A stretch of DNA of 64,000 bases from the NCBI RefSeq assembly GCF_902652985.1, contig NC_047015.1, positions 17,732,001-17,796,000 on the forward strand, in the 5' to 3' direction. Position 1 is the stretch's first letter, and each line of letters begins with the position of its first letter. Under the pieces are notes generated by a model. The model had not been told where the DNA came from. It worked only from the letters and a program-made list of their open reading frames with translations, and searched no databases. Positions 26,541 through 40,461 of this stretch are shown here, in pieces. A program made the translations under genes and the position numbers. This DNA is from Pecten maximus (taxonomy: Eukaryota).

Positions 26541-28371
26541 GTTACTTACATATTTACCACCTAAATGACTCCACCTATTGGTAGGTTTCGTCTCACTCTG
26601 ACTACAGCCAGTGTTATGTCGGCCTTAGTTACCTACAGATTTACCACCTACATGACTCCGCCTATTGGTAGGTTTCGTCTCACCAACTACAGCCAGTGTT
26701 ATGTCGGCCTTAGTTACTTACAGATTTACCACCTACATGACTCCGCCTATTGGTAGGTTTCGTCTCACCAACTATAGCCAGTGTTCTGTCGGCCTTAGTT
26801 ACCTACAGATTTACCACCTACATGACTCCACCTATTGGTAGGTTTCGTCTCACTCTGACTACAGCCAGTGTTATGTCGGCCTTAGTTACCTACAGATTTA
26901 CCACCTACATGACTCCACCTATTGGTAGGTTTCGTCTCACTCTGACTACAGCCAGTGTTATGTCGGCCTTAGTTACCTACAGATTTACCACTTACATGTT
27001 ACCTACAGATTTACCACCTACATGACTCCGCCTATTGGTAGGTTTCGTCTCACTCTGACTATAGCCAGTGTTCTGTCCGCCTTAGTTACCTACAGATTTA
27101 CCACCTACATGACTCCACCTATTGGTAGGTTTCGTCTCACTCTGACTATAGCCAGTGTTCTGTCCGCCTTAGTTACCTACAGATTTACCACCTACATGAC
27201 TCCGCCTATTGGTAGGTTTCGTCTCACTCTGACTATAGCCAGTGTTCTGTCCGCCTTAGTTACCTACAGATTTACCACCTACATGACTCCGCCTATTGGT
27301 AGGTTTCGTCTCACTCTGACTATAGCCAGTGTTCTGTCCGCCTTAGTTACCTACAGATTTACCACCTACATGACTCCGCCTATTGGTAGGTTTCGTCTCA
27401 CCAACTACAGCCAGTGTTATGTCGGCCTTAGTTACTTACAGATTTACCACCTACATGACTCCGCCTATTGGTAGGTTTCGTCTCACCCTGACTATAGCCA
27501 GTGTTCTGTCCGCCTTAGTTACCTACAGATTTACCACCTACATGACTCCACCTATTGGTAGGTTTCGTCTCACTCTAACTACAGCCAGTGTTCTGTCCGC
27601 CTTAGTTACCTACAGATTTACCACCTACATGACTCCACCTATTGGTAGGTTTCGTCTCACTCTGACTACAGCCAGTGTTATGTCGGCCTTAGTTACCTAC
27701 AGATTTATCACCTACATGACTCCACCTATTGGTAGGTTTCGTCTCACTCTGACTACAGCCAGTGTTATGTCGGCCTTAGTTACCTACAGATTTACCACCT
27801 ACATGACTCCGCCTATTGGTAGGTTTCGTCTCACTCTGACTATAGCCAGTGTTCTGTCCGCCTTAGTTACCTACAGATTTACCACCTACATGACTCCGCC
27901 TATTGGTAGGTTTCGTCTCACCGACTACAGCCAGTGTTATGTCGGCCTTAGTTACTTACAGATTTACCACCTACATGACTCCGCCTATTGGTAGGTTTCG
28001 TCTCACCGACTACAGCCAGTGTTATGTCGGCCTTAGTTACTTACAGATTTACCACCTACATGACTCCGCCTATTGGTAGGTTTCGTCTCAACGACTATAG
28101 CCAGTGTTCTGTCCGCCTTAGTTACCTACAGATTTACCACCTACATGACTCCGCCTATTGGTAGGTTTCGTCTCAACGACTATAGCCAGTGTTCTGTCCG
28201 CCTTAGTTACCTACAGATTTACCACCTACATGACTCCGCCTATTGGTAGGTTTCGTCTCAACGACTATAGCCAGTGTTCTGTCCGCCTTAGTTACCTACA
28301 GATTTACCACCTACATGACTCCGCCTATTGGTAGGTTTCGTCTCAACGACTATAGCCAGTGTTCTGTCCGC
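26541..28371. repeat. Minisatellite, about 84-87-bp unit, about 21 copies
   Basis: Unit GTTACCTACAGATTTACCACCTACATGACTCCGCCTATTGGTAGGTTTCGTCTCACTCTGACTATAGCCAGTGTTCTGTCCGCCTTA. Confidence 0.97.
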
Positions 28372-28747
28372 ACTGGGTACAAACGGTATCAACGATATGG
28401 CTGTACATATACCATTTGGGAGATGCTTCATTGGTTAAAATATTTCCAGTACATTAACTCTTTGTTGGCCGCCATCGAACACGTTCTAGGTAAATATCGC
28501 CCAAACGATGAGAACATGGCCGAAAACAACAAGATGGAGGTCACCAAACGGGGACTGGTTGTTTGTGCTGACAAACCGGTTCGTCTATTTTCAAAAGTAA
28601 TACTTCAGTCATAGTTGTTGACAGATCTGGAGCAGATGTTAATACAGGCCCTGGAAGTCTCTAAGGATCGTCTGAAAACAACACAAATTCACTAGGTCCG
28701 ACTTTGATATTTTTTAAACAAAAACGGAGAAGACCAAGACAGTCAAA

Positions 28748-30033
28748 GTTTGTATAGGTAGTTAGTTTATATAGGTAGTTAGTTCTATATAGGTAGTTAG
28801 TTTATATATGTAGTTAGTTTATTTAGGTATTTAGTTTATTTAGGTAGTTAGTTTTATTTAGGTAGTTAGTTTATTTAGGTAGTTACATGTAGTTTATTTG
28901 GGTAGTTAGTTTTATATAGGTAGTTAGTTTTATGTAGGTAGTTAGTTTATTTAGGTAGTTAGTTTATATAGGTAGTTAGTTTATATAGGTAGTTAGTTTA
29001 TATAGGTAGTTAGTTTATATAGGTAGTTAGTTTATATATGTAGTTAGTTTATTTAGGTATTTAGTTTATTTAGGTAGTTAGTTTATTTAGGTAGTTAGTT
29101 TATATAGGTAGTTAGTTTATTTAGGTAGTTAGTTTATTTAGGTAGTTACATGTAGTTTATTTGGGTAGTTAGTTTATATAGGTAGTTAGTTTTATTTAGG
29201 TAGTTAGTTTATTTAGGTAGTTACATGTAGTTTATTTGGGTAGTTAGTTTATATAGGTAGTTAGTTTATATAGGTAGTTAGTTTATATAGGTAGTTAGTT
29301 TATATAGGTAGTTAGTTTATATAGGTAGTTAGTTTATATATGTAGTTAGTTTATTTAGGTATTTAGTTTATATAGGTAGTTAGTTTTATTTAGGTAGTTA
29401 GTTTATTTAGGTAGTTACATGTAGTTTATTTGGGTAGTTAGTTTTATATAGGTAGTTAGTTTTATGTAGGTAGTTAGTTTATTTAGGTAGTTAGTTTTAT
29501 TTAGGTAGTTAGTTTATATAGGTAGTTAGTTTATATAGGTAGTTAGTTTATTTGGGTATTTAGTTTTATTTAGGTAGTTAGTTTATTTGGGTAGTTAGTT
29601 TTATATAGGTAGTTAGTTTATTTGGGTAGTTAGTTTATTTGGGTAGTTAGTTTTATATAGGTAGTTAGTTTATATAGGTAGTTAGTTTATATAGGTAGTT
29701 AGTGTCATATAGGTAGTTAGTTTTATAAAGGTAGTTAGTTTATATAGGTAGTTAGTTTTATATAGGTAGTTAGTTTATATAGGTAGTTAGTTTTATATAG
29801 GTAGTTAGTTTATTTAGGCAGTTAGTTTTATTTAGGTAGTTAGTTTATATAGGTAGTTAATTTATATAGGTAGTTAGTTTATTTAGGCAATAAGTTTATT
29901 TAGTAGTTAGTTTTATATAGGTAGTTAGTTTATCTAGGTAGTTAGTTTTATATAGGTAGTTAATTTATTTGGGTAGTTAGTTTTATATAGGTAGTTGGTT
30001 TTATTTAGGTAGTTAGTTTATTTGGGTAGTTAG
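28748..30033. repeat. Minisatellite, 17-18-bp unit
   Basis: Unit GGTAGTTAGTTTATATA, almost C-free on the plus strand. Confidence 0.97.
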
Positions 30034-30982
30034 TGGATTTTCATAAACACCCCGAGCACCAAATGCACCACAGACTCGAAAATCTAGGTTTTAACAAATA
30101 GACAAAATGATTCCGTCTATGAACAAGATTTTTTTTATGATTAGCTACCCAAGCTCAATTAAACGACGCATCAGTTTTGACTTTTTCAACAAATCGTCAG
30201 TTTCGATTTCGGATAAGTCTGTTATATTGAATGAGAAGTTATTGAGTACAAACCGATTGTATACCATATACCGAACAAGATGGACAGGACAAGTTTTTGA
30301 ATCGAAAAACAAAGACATCCATCTAATAGCGTATGCGGTTTGACATTTGCATACTGGTTGATATTTACGTCCGTAGTACCTATATACGGACTCTAACCGC
30401 ACACCTTGGTAGAATACTGCCACATGTCCCGCCCACCTTGGTATGGTCTAGGTGGGTCGCGACACACATGTATATGAAATGTAGGAGGACGTGTGGACCT
30501 AACACGTCTACAATCTGGCGTTATGAAATCAACATCGTATTTCCATGTTAACCTGTCAATCATGTCGAGATGAGCAGCTCAATTCTGGCCTGTTTTGACA
30601 GGCAAACAGAAATAGTGAGATATTTATCATGTATGTTGTAACGAATATATGGTCACCCGTCATTGTCTCCTATGTCCCTACCCCCGGGCTTCACCCGCCC
30701 CCGGTGCCGTACTCATGTAAACATCAACACGTATCATTACCGGTCTGGGAACAGGCTAAATTACCCCCGGAAATACCACCGACGTCTTACACATATATCA
30801 CCACAGCCGTGTCACACCACAAACGGCCACACCGTCCGGCAGATTAATAGTTCGTGTTATAATCAAGACATGCATATTTCTGCTATATCATAATCAATGT
30901 TGTTACTACTGACCTGAACATCTTAACAAGGATACATAGTAATACTACTACTACTCAGGTAAATTAGTGAAGAGGAAGTACG

Positions 30983-31370
30983 AACAGTTGGAGAATACAC
31001 AATTACACAATAATTTAATATTAAACAGTTAGAAAATACACAATTACACAATAATTTAATGATAAACAGTCAGAAAATACACAATTACACAATAATTTAG
31101 TGCTAAACAGTTATTTAGTGCTAAACAGTTAGAAAATTCACAATTACACAATAATTTAATATTAAACAGTCAGAAAATACACAATTACACAATAATTTAA
31201 TGCTAAACAGTCAGAAAATACACAATTACACAATGATTGGGTGCTAAACAGTTAGAAAATACACAAGTAAACAATGATTTAATGCTAAACAGTCAGAAAA
31301 TACACAACTACACAATGATTTAGCATGAAAATTTCAAAGAATACACAATTACACAATAATTTAGTGCTAA
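30983..31370. repeat. Minisatellite, 41-bp unit, about 9 copies
   Basis: Unit AAACAGTTAGAAAATACACAATTACACAATAATTTAATGCT. Confidence 0.92.
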
Positions 31371-31617
31371 CGATCAAATAAAGAATAAAGTTCATGGTCA
31401 AACGGAAAATATCATGAAACATTTCAACAGACACAGCAATAGTGCACCACATTTTGAAGAACTCCTTTGTTTTAATTTCACGTTTACACTAAGTTATATC
31501 GATCACATTTTGGCCTGGAATTATCAATTCCCCTGTGAATTTTCAACTAGATACATAATATATTCTCTAGGTCGGTTTAATTCTGTCGCAGTCTAGGGTA
31601 TCCGAACCTTTTTATTT

Positions 31618-32296
31618 GCCACCGAGAGCCTGTCTGTGATATCCCAGCCTTTTGACCACCGAGAGCCTGTCTGTGATATCCCAGCCTTTTGACCACCGAG
31701 AGCCTGTCCGAGATATCCCAGTCTTTTGACCACCGAGAGCCTGTCTGTGATACCCCAGCCTTTTGACCACCGAGAGCCTGTCCGAGATATCCCAGTCTTT
31801 TGACCACCGAGAGCCTGTCTGTGATATCCCAGCCTTTTGACCATCGAGAGCCTGTCTGGGATATCCCAGCCTTTTGACCACCGAGAGCCTGTCCGGGATA
31901 TCCCAGTCTTTTGACCACCGAGAGCCTGTCCGAGATATCTCGACATTATGACCACCGAGAGCCTGTCCGGGATATCCCAGTCTTTTGACCACCGAGAGCC
32001 TGTCTGTGATATCCCAGCCTTTTGACCACCGAGAGCCTGTCCGGGATATCCCAGTCTTTTGACCACCGAGAGCCTGTCCGGGATATCCCAGTCTTTTGAC
32101 CACCGAGAGCCTGTCCGAGATATCCCAGTCTTTTGACCACCGAGAGCCTGTCCGGGATATCCCAGCATTTTGACCACCGAGAGCCTGTCTGGGATATCCC
32201 AGCCTTTTGACCACCGAGAGCCTGTCCGGGATATCCCAGTCTTTTGACCACCGAGAGCCTGTCCGAGATATCTCGACATTATGACCACCGAGAGCC
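31618..32296. repeat. Minisatellite, 37-bp unit, about 18 copies
   Basis: Unit CCACCGAGAGCCTGTCTGTGATATCCCAGCCTTTTGA. Confidence 0.96.
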
Positions 32297-32395
32297 TTCC
32301 CAAAATATGCCACCGAGAACAGATCCTGTTCCGAATATCTCAACCGTTTGATATTTGCCACCGATAACCTGTCAAGAATACCCTACGTTCTTTTT

Positions 32396-32775
32396 ATTTG
32401 TCACCGAGAGCCTGACAAGAATATCCCAAATGTTTGATTTGTCACCGAGAGCCTGACAAGAATATACCAAATGTTTGATTTGTCACCGAGAGCCTGACAA
32501 GAATATCCCAAATGTTTGATTTGTCACCGAGAGCCTGACAAGAATATCCCAAATGTTTGATTTGCCACCGAGAGCCTGACAAGAATATCCCAAATGTTTG
32601 ATTTGCCACCGAGAGCCTGACAAGAATATCCCAAATGTTTGATTTGTCACCGAGAGCCTGACAAGAATATCCCAAATGTTTGATTTGTCACCGAGAGCCT
32701 GACAAGAATATCCCAAATGTTTGATTTGTCACCGAGAGCCTGACAAGAATATCCCAAATGTTTGATTTTCCGCCG
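32396..32775. repeat. Minisatellite, 41-bp unit, about 9 copies, related to the preceding 37-bp array
   Basis: Unit TTTGTCACCGAGAGCCTGACAAGAATATCCCAAATGTTTGA. Confidence 0.96.
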
Positions 32776-33345
32776 AGACTAACTAGTTTACGGCATCATA
32801 TTCTTAGACTATCTAGTTCATAGGGTCATAAATTAACCAGTTCATAGAGTCATAGACTAACTAGTTCACAGAATCATAGACTAACTAGTTCACAAAGTCA
32901 TAGACTAACTAGTTCACAAAGTCATATACTAACCAGTTCATATACTCATAGACTAACTAGTTTACGGCATCTTATTCTTAGACTATCTAGTTCACAGGGT
33001 CATAAACTAACAAGTTCATAGAGTCATAGTCTAATCAGTTCATAGGGTCATAGACTAAGCAGTTCACAGAGTCATAGACTAACCAGTTTACAGAATCATA
33101 GACTAACTAGTTCACAAAGTCATAGACTAACTAGTTCACAAAGTCATAGACTAACTAGTTCACAAAATCATAGGCTAACTAGTTCACAGAGTCATTGACT
33201 AACTAGTTCACAGAATCTTAGACTAACTAGTTCACAAAGTCATATACTAACCAGTTCATATACTCATAGACTAACTAGTTCACAGGGCCATAGACTAACT
33301 AGTCTACGGTAACCAGTCCATTTGACGTTAACTTAGACTAACTAG
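32776..33345. repeat. Degenerate minisatellite, 24-bp unit
   Basis: Unit approximately CATAGACTAACTAGTTCACAGAGT. Confidence 0.92.
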
Positions 33346-34089
33346 ATGAGGGTTCCCCGGAATAAGGAACCAGACACCAGGTCTGCTTATGAAAAATTAA
33401 GATGTCAGTTCCGTGTAGGACCAATTACTTCATAAAGGCCTTGCATGGTAGTGTTGATTTCTCGTCTGAACGGGAGTTCTATTCCTGTACTGCGAAAAAG
33501 ATTTTCTCAAACGGAACTGGGGTCTGTTTCCTTGTTCGTTTTTTTCAGAACTAGGAACTAGGAACCAACTTGAGGCTACCCTAACATTTTGTGTGTGACG
33601 TCATAACTACTGCCACTTTGAAGTTTGGACGGTTAATCAAAGATAAATACCAGACCCCATTATAGCTAATGTTTATATTTACACCTCCCAGTCATCAATA
33701 TGACCCTGCCGATTTTCGATTGGTTTGGTCGTCTACATGGATGTTTTGATCCACATTAATTAGGCCATTACTGACTAAGGTTCTCTGAAAATAGCTCTGA
33801 GTGTCATGACAATGATTACCGGGGACTGACGGAGCGGAAGTGATGTCACATCTACCAAAGGTGCTGATGATACATTTCATTTAGGTCACAGACACACGGA
33901 CAGAAAGTCGTGATCCCTGATGACATTCATCATCGATTCCAAGTTACCGTACTGGTGGTCAGGCACAAGTATAACCCGGGGCAATAATGTCACCACACGG
34001 ACTGGAGACCTACCAGTGTTTTACAAGTACATTGTACTATAATTACCATGGGCACAAAGTTATCTCACAGTTATCAGAATGATTATTAC

Positions 34090-35968
34090 ACCACTATATC
34101 AAAGATATCCACCAAATTATCACACTATATCAATGTTATCACCAAATTATCACACTATATCAAAGATATCACCAAATTATCACACTATATCAATGTTATC
34201 ACCAAATTATCACACTATATCAATGTTATCACCAAATTATAACACTATATCAAAGATATCACCAAATTATAACACTATATCAAAGATATCCACCAAATTA
34301 TCACACTGTATCAATGTTATCACCAAATTATCACACTGTATCAATGTTATCACCAAATTATCACACTATATCAAAGATAACACCAAATTATCACACTATA
34401 TCAAAGATAACACCAAATTATCACACTATATCAAAGATATCACAAAATTATAACACTATATCAATGTTATCACCAAATTATCACACTATATCAAAGATAA
34501 CACCAAATTATCACACTATATCAATGATATCACCAAATTATCACACTATATCAAAGATAACACCAAATTATCACACTATATCAAAGATAACACCAAATTA
34601 TAACACTATATCAAAGTTATCCACCAAATTATCACACTATATCAATGTTATCACCAAATTATAACACTATATCAAAGATAACACCAAATTATCACACTCT
34701 ATCAATGTTATCACCAAATTATCACACTATATCAATGTTATCACCAAATTATCACACTATCTCAATGTTATCACCAAATTATCACACTATATCAAAGATA
34801 TCCACCAAATTATCACAATATATATCAATGTTATCACCAAATTATCACACTATATCAAAGATAACACCAAATTATCACACTATATCAAAGATATCCACCA
34901 AATTATAACACTATATCAATGTTATCACCAAATTATCACACTATATCAAAGATAACACCAAATTATCACACTATATCAAAGATATCCACCAAATTATCAC
35001 ACTATATCAATGTTATCACCAAATTATCACACTGTATCAAAAATAACACCAAATTATTACACTGTATCAACGTTATCACCAAATTATCACACTATATCAA
35101 AAATAACATCAAATTATCACACTGTATCAAAAATAACACCAAATTATCACACTTTATCAAAGATATCCACCAAATTATCACACTATATCAAAGATATCAC
35201 CAAATTATCACACTATATCAAAGATATCCACCAAATTATAACAATATATATCAATGTTATCACCAAATTATCACACTATATCAAAGATAACACCAAATTA
35301 TCACACTATATCAAAGATATCCACCAAATTATAATACTATATCAATGTTATCACCAAATTATCACACTATATCAAAGATAACACCAAATTATCACACTAT
35401 ATCAAAGATATCCACCAAATTATCACACTATATCAATGTTATCACCAAATTATAACACTATGTCAAAGATAACACCAAATTATCACACTACATCAAAGAT
35501 ATCCACCAAATTATCACACTATATCAAAGATAACACCAAATTATAACACTATATCAAAGATATCACCAAATTATCACACTATATCAATGTTATCACCAAA
35601 TTATCGCACTATATCAAAGATGTCACCAAATTATAACACTATATCAAAGATATCCACCAAATTATCACACTATATCAATGTTATCACCAAATTATCACAC
35701 TATATCAAAGATAACACCAAATTATCACACTATATCAAAGATATCACCAAATTATCACACTATATCAAAGATATCACCAAATTATCACACTATATCAAAG
35801 ATATCCACCAAATTATCACGCTATATCAATGTTATCACCAAATTATCACACTATATCAAAGATATCACCAAATTATCACACTATATCAAAGATACCACCA
35901 AATTATCACACTATATCAAAGATATCACAAAATTATCACACTATATCAAAGATAACACCAAATTATCA
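34090..35968. repeat. Minisatellite, 30-31-bp unit, about 62 copies
   Basis: Unit ACCAAATTATCACACTATATCAA(AGAT/TGTT)ATC. Confidence 0.97.
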
Positions 35969-36528
35969 ATAACACATATATCACAAAATTATGCTCATTT
36001 TTCACACAATTATCACACAATTGTTTGAATACTCGTGTTTGCTAGCATATGCAAATAAGGAGTTGTGATATTTAAAAAAGTGGAAAGTCTCTAATTAATA
36101 ATAAAACATTAGATTTTGATAAATAATTGACAATTTTCAAATCTATTTAGCCCGGTACAACTATATAACAAACCCAGTTGGTTAGACATCTTTCAAACGT
36201 CAATCTCTGCAGTTCTGTATCACATTTTTTTTTTGTGACGCGGTGCCATCTGCTTCCCGCCAAAAATGTCGACTCATCGCAGCCATTGTCGGAGTTCAAG
36301 AACCCTGGTCTCGGACGTTTCTGCGAGATTGGCCTGTTACTAATGTTTATCATAAATGTGCCATCGTTTGGGTGACCTCTTAATAAGAACGAAATACATT
36401 CTGTGCGACATATTTTGTTTAGGCTGTGTGAAGTTAGTTCAACAATCGACATACGGCATTCAACATTCAAAAAAGTCATCTTGTGTGTTTTCATTGCCAA
36501 CGAGGGAACTTTCGAATGTTCAGCGGCT

Positions 36529-36639
36529 CGACATACGACATTCAACATTCAGATTTTGAATGTTGTGCAGCTCGACATACGACATTCAAATTATTAATGT
36601 CCAACTGCACAACATTCAAAATTTGAATGTCGTATGTCG
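36529..36639. repeat. Fold-back inverted repeat with arms of about 35 bp
   Basis: 36529-36570 is the reverse complement of 36605-36639 apart from a 7-bp indel. An extra CGACATACGACATTCAA copy lies in the loop. Confidence 0.8.
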
Positions 36640-36642
36640 TAT

Positions 36643-36700
36643 GTCGGTTGAGCGGCGGACCAGTAAGCCGAGGGTCGGGGGTTCAATCCCGGTGGAGGCA
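36643..36700 (+). mobile_element. 5'-truncated tRNA-derived SINE head / tRNA pseudogene
   Basis: Partial A-box (GTCGGTTGAGCG), anticodon-like loop CCAGTAA, variable loop GGGTC and a perfect B-box GGTTCAATCC (36680-36689). The acceptor stem is missing. Confidence 0.6.
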
Positions 36701-37504
36701 CACTACTCGTTTGATTATTACACTCTAATTGTTTCTAATTTCTCTAGTAATTATAATTACATTAAAAAAAAGACCATAACTAGCTAAAAAGGAATTCCCT
36801 ACCTCATTGAACCACCGCCGGCGATAACCGGATCTTCAAATCCGGTAAAACCCCGTATATTAACAGGTCAGCTCTGACGCAACGCTTACGATTCATCTAT
36901 GACGTCATTGATGGACCTGTGTGACGTCGTTTGTTAAATACTGATGTGGTTTGATAGCAGTGACAAAGCTAAACAGGTTTCAATTTCCTTTAAAACATCT
37001 CATTTTTTTTTTATAGATGTCTCTACAAATTCAACACACCGTGGACAGGAGAGTTTATGTAAACACGCGGTGTACGAAAACAGAACATTCAACTATGGTT
37101 TTGAAGGACAAACAAAAACTGTGCTACTTAGATTGACACGAGAACTTGTCGAGAAGAACATGACATTCTGATACACATATCAGTAATCACAGAAAGTTCT
37201 CATTTAGATTGGATATAAATAATTCTGGAAACCGCAAATGCAAGTCTATGTCTCCGGCGTCCGTGTAGTCTATACATCACAAATCTACAATAATACACCG
37301 AGGTCCGTGCCGGAAGTCGTGTCTATCGCTATAACATCTGTCAACAGTCCACGAAGGTCAAGGTCATCACAGAACAGATCATCGTGACAATGGAATAGAT
37401 CCTCGGAAAACATCATCGTCGTCCTGTAACCATTCCTCATCAATCTTTGTCCTCGTTCGATGTTTTCAGATAATTCTGAGATTTTGTTCTCCTACAACTA
37501 AGGC

Positions 37505-40130
37505 CAACTAGAACGAGACTAATGTCTTGTCCACAACGTAGTCAAACTAGAACGAGACTGATGTCTTGTCAACAACTAAGTCAAACTAGAACGAGACTGA
37601 TGTCTTGTCCACAACTAAGTCAAACTAGAACGAGACTGATGTCTTGTCCACAACTAAGTCAAACTAGAACGAGACTAATGTCTTGTCCACAACTAAGTCA
37701 AACTAGAACGAGACTAATGTCTTGTCCACAACTAAGTCAAACTAGAACGAGACTGATGTCTTGTCCACAACGTAGTCAAACTAGAACGAGACTGATGTCT
37801 TGTCCACAACTAAGTCAAACTAGAACGAGACTGATGTCTTGTCCACAACGTAGTCAAACTAGAACGAGATTCATGTCTTGTCCACAACTAAGTCAAACTA
37901 GAACGAGACTGATGTCTTGTCCACAACTAAGTCAAACTAGAACGAGACTAATGTCTTGTCCACAACTAAGTCAAACTAGAACGAGACTGATGTCTTGTCC
38001 ACAACTAAGTCAAACTAGAACGAGACTAATGTCTTGTCCACAACGTAGTCAAACTAGAACGAGACTGATGTCTTGTCCACAACTAAGTCAAACTAGAACG
38101 AGACTGATGTCTTGTCCACAACTAAGTCAAACTAGAACGAGACTAATGTCTTGTCCACAACGTAGTCAAACTAGAACGAGACTGATGTCTTGTCCACAAC
38201 TAAGTCAAACTAGAACGAGACTAATGTCTTGTCCACAACGTAGTCAAACTAGAACGAGACTGATGTCTTGTCCACAATGTAGTCAAACTAGAACGAGACT
38301 AATGTCTTGTCCACAACGTAGTCAAACTAGAACGAGACTGATGTCTTGTCCACAATGTAGTCAAACTAGAACGAGACTGATGTCTTGTCCACAACGTAGT
38401 CAAACTAGAACGAGACTGATGTCTTGTCCACAACTAAGTCAAACTAGAACGAGACTGATGTCTTGTCCACAATGTAGTCAAACTAGAACGAGACTGATGT
38501 CTTGTCCACAACGTAGTCAAACTAGAACGAGACTAATGTCTTGTCCACAACTAAGTCAAACTAGAACGAGACTAATGTCTTGTCCACAACGTAGTCAAAC
38601 TAGAACGAGACTGATGTCTTGTCCACAACTAAGTCAAACTAGAACGAGACTAATGTCTTGTCCACAACGTAGTCAAACTAGAACGAGACTGATGTCTTGT
38701 CCACAACTGTAGTCAAACTAGAACGAGACTAATGTCTTGTCCACAACGTAGTCAAACTAGAACGAGACTGATGTCTTGTTCACAACTGTAGTCAAACTAG
38801 AACGAGACTAATGTCTTGTCCACAACGTAGTCAAACTAGAACGAGACTGATGTCTTGTCCACAACTAAGTCAAACTAGAACGAGACTGATGTCTTGTCCA
38901 CAACGTAGTCAAACTAGAACGAGACTGATGTCTTGTCCACAACTAAGTCAAACTAGAACGAGACTAATGTCTTGTCCACAACGTAGTCAAACTAGAACGA
39001 GACTGATGTCTTGTCCACAACGTAGTCAAACTAGAACGAGACTAATGTCTTGTCCACAACGTAGTCAAACTAGAACGAGACTGATGTCTTGTTCACAACT
39101 TAGTCAAACTAGAACGAGACTAATGTCTTGTCCACAACTAAGTCAAACTAGAACGAGACTAATGTCTTGTCCACAACTAAGTCAAACTAGAACGAGACTG
39201 ATGTCTTGTCCACAACGTAGTCAAACTAGAACGAGACTGATGTCTTGTCCACAACGTAGTCAAACTAGAACGAGACTGATGTCTTGTCCACAACGTAGTC
39301 AAACTAGAACGAGACTGATGTCTTGTCCACAACTAAGTCAAACTAGAACGAGACTAATGTCTTGTCCACAACGTAGTCAAACTAGAACGAGACTGATGTC
39401 TTGTCCACAACGTAGTCAAACTAGAACGAGACTGATGTCTTGTCCACAACGTAGTCAAACTAGAACGAGACTGATGTCTTGTCCACAACTAAGTCAAACT
39501 AGAACGAGACTGATGTCTTGTCCACAACTAAGTCAAACTAGAACGAGACTGATGTCTTGTCCACAACTAAGTCAAACTAGAACGAGACTGATGTCTTGTC
39601 CACAATGTAGTCAAACTAGAACGAGACTGATGTCTTGTCCACAACTAAATCAAACTAGAACGAGACTGATGTCTTGTCAACAACTATGTCAAACTAGAAC
39701 GAGACTGATGTCTTGTCCACAACGTAGTCAAACTAGAACGAGATTCATGTCTTGTCCACAACTAAGTCAAACTAGAACGAGACGGATGTCTTGTCCACAA
39801 CTAAGTCAAACTAGAACGAGCCTAATGCCTTGTCCACAATGTAGTCAAACTAGAACGAGACTAATGTCTTGTCCACAACTAAATCAAACTAGAACGAGCC
39901 TAATGCCTTGTCCACAACGTAGTCAAACTAGAACGAGACTGATGTCTTGTCCACAACGTAGTCAAACTAGAACGAGACTGATGTCTTCTCCACAACGTAA
40001 TCAAACTAGAACGAGACTGATGTCTTGTCCACAACGTAGTCAAACTAGAACGAGACTGATGTCTTGTCCACAACGTAATCAAACTAGAACGAGACTAATG
40101 GCTTGTCCACAACGTAAACAAACTAGAATG
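37505..40130. repeat. Minisatellite, 39-bp unit, about 67 copies
   Basis: Unit CAAACTAGAACGAGACTGATGTCTTGTCCACAA(CTA/CGT/TGT)AGT. Source of the 396-aa and 440-aa repetitive ORFs. Confidence 0.98.
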
Positions 40131-40159
40131 TGACTGCTATCTGGTACACGACGTTGCCT

Positions 40160-40461
40160 ATAATGTATTATTACATTTTTACCAGTGAAATATCAAAATT
40201 ATTCATTCTATAAAAGTGATATTTTTCAATCATATTAGTGAATAATATCACTTTTGCTGATTTGACCAATCAAATTAATGATTAGAAAATACCAAAATAA
40301 TTGACCAATCAGAAAGCCCGACATATATGTCAGCACCTGGACAGGGGAAACTACTTTTTTTGTTTACACTCGTGCTGCGCACTCGTGAAAAATATCAAAA
40401 TATTAGCCCCACTCGTGAAATATATTTGGTATTACTGAAGACACTGTTAGATATCCTCTAT
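40160..40461. mobile_element. Putative non-autonomous DNA element (CACTCGTG motifs, ...ATATCCTCTAT end)
   Basis: Three CACTCGTG motifs, two TTGACCAATCA motifs, an internal AAAAGTGATATT/AATATCACTTTT inversion and an ATATCCTCTAT terminus. Resembles a dispersed marine-invertebrate repeat type; superfamily not established. Confidence 0.45.

Noticed and set aside
33347-33585. MITE suggested by a 21-bp imperfect inverted repeat (33360-33380 / 33516-33536)
   Set aside because: No clear terminal repeats or target-site duplication, so too weak to call without a repeat library.
36643-36700. Functional tRNA-Thr(AGT)
   Set aside because: There is no 5' acceptor stem and anticodon stem pairing is poor. 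It is better explained as a SINE head or pseudogene.
37522-40133. 396-aa and 440-aa ORFs of (MSCPQLSQTRTRL)n as a repetitive structural protein
   Set aside because: A 39-bp unit lacking a stop in one frame gives long ORFs automatically. The frame is broken by 40-bp variant units, and there is no signal peptide, unique domain or splice context.
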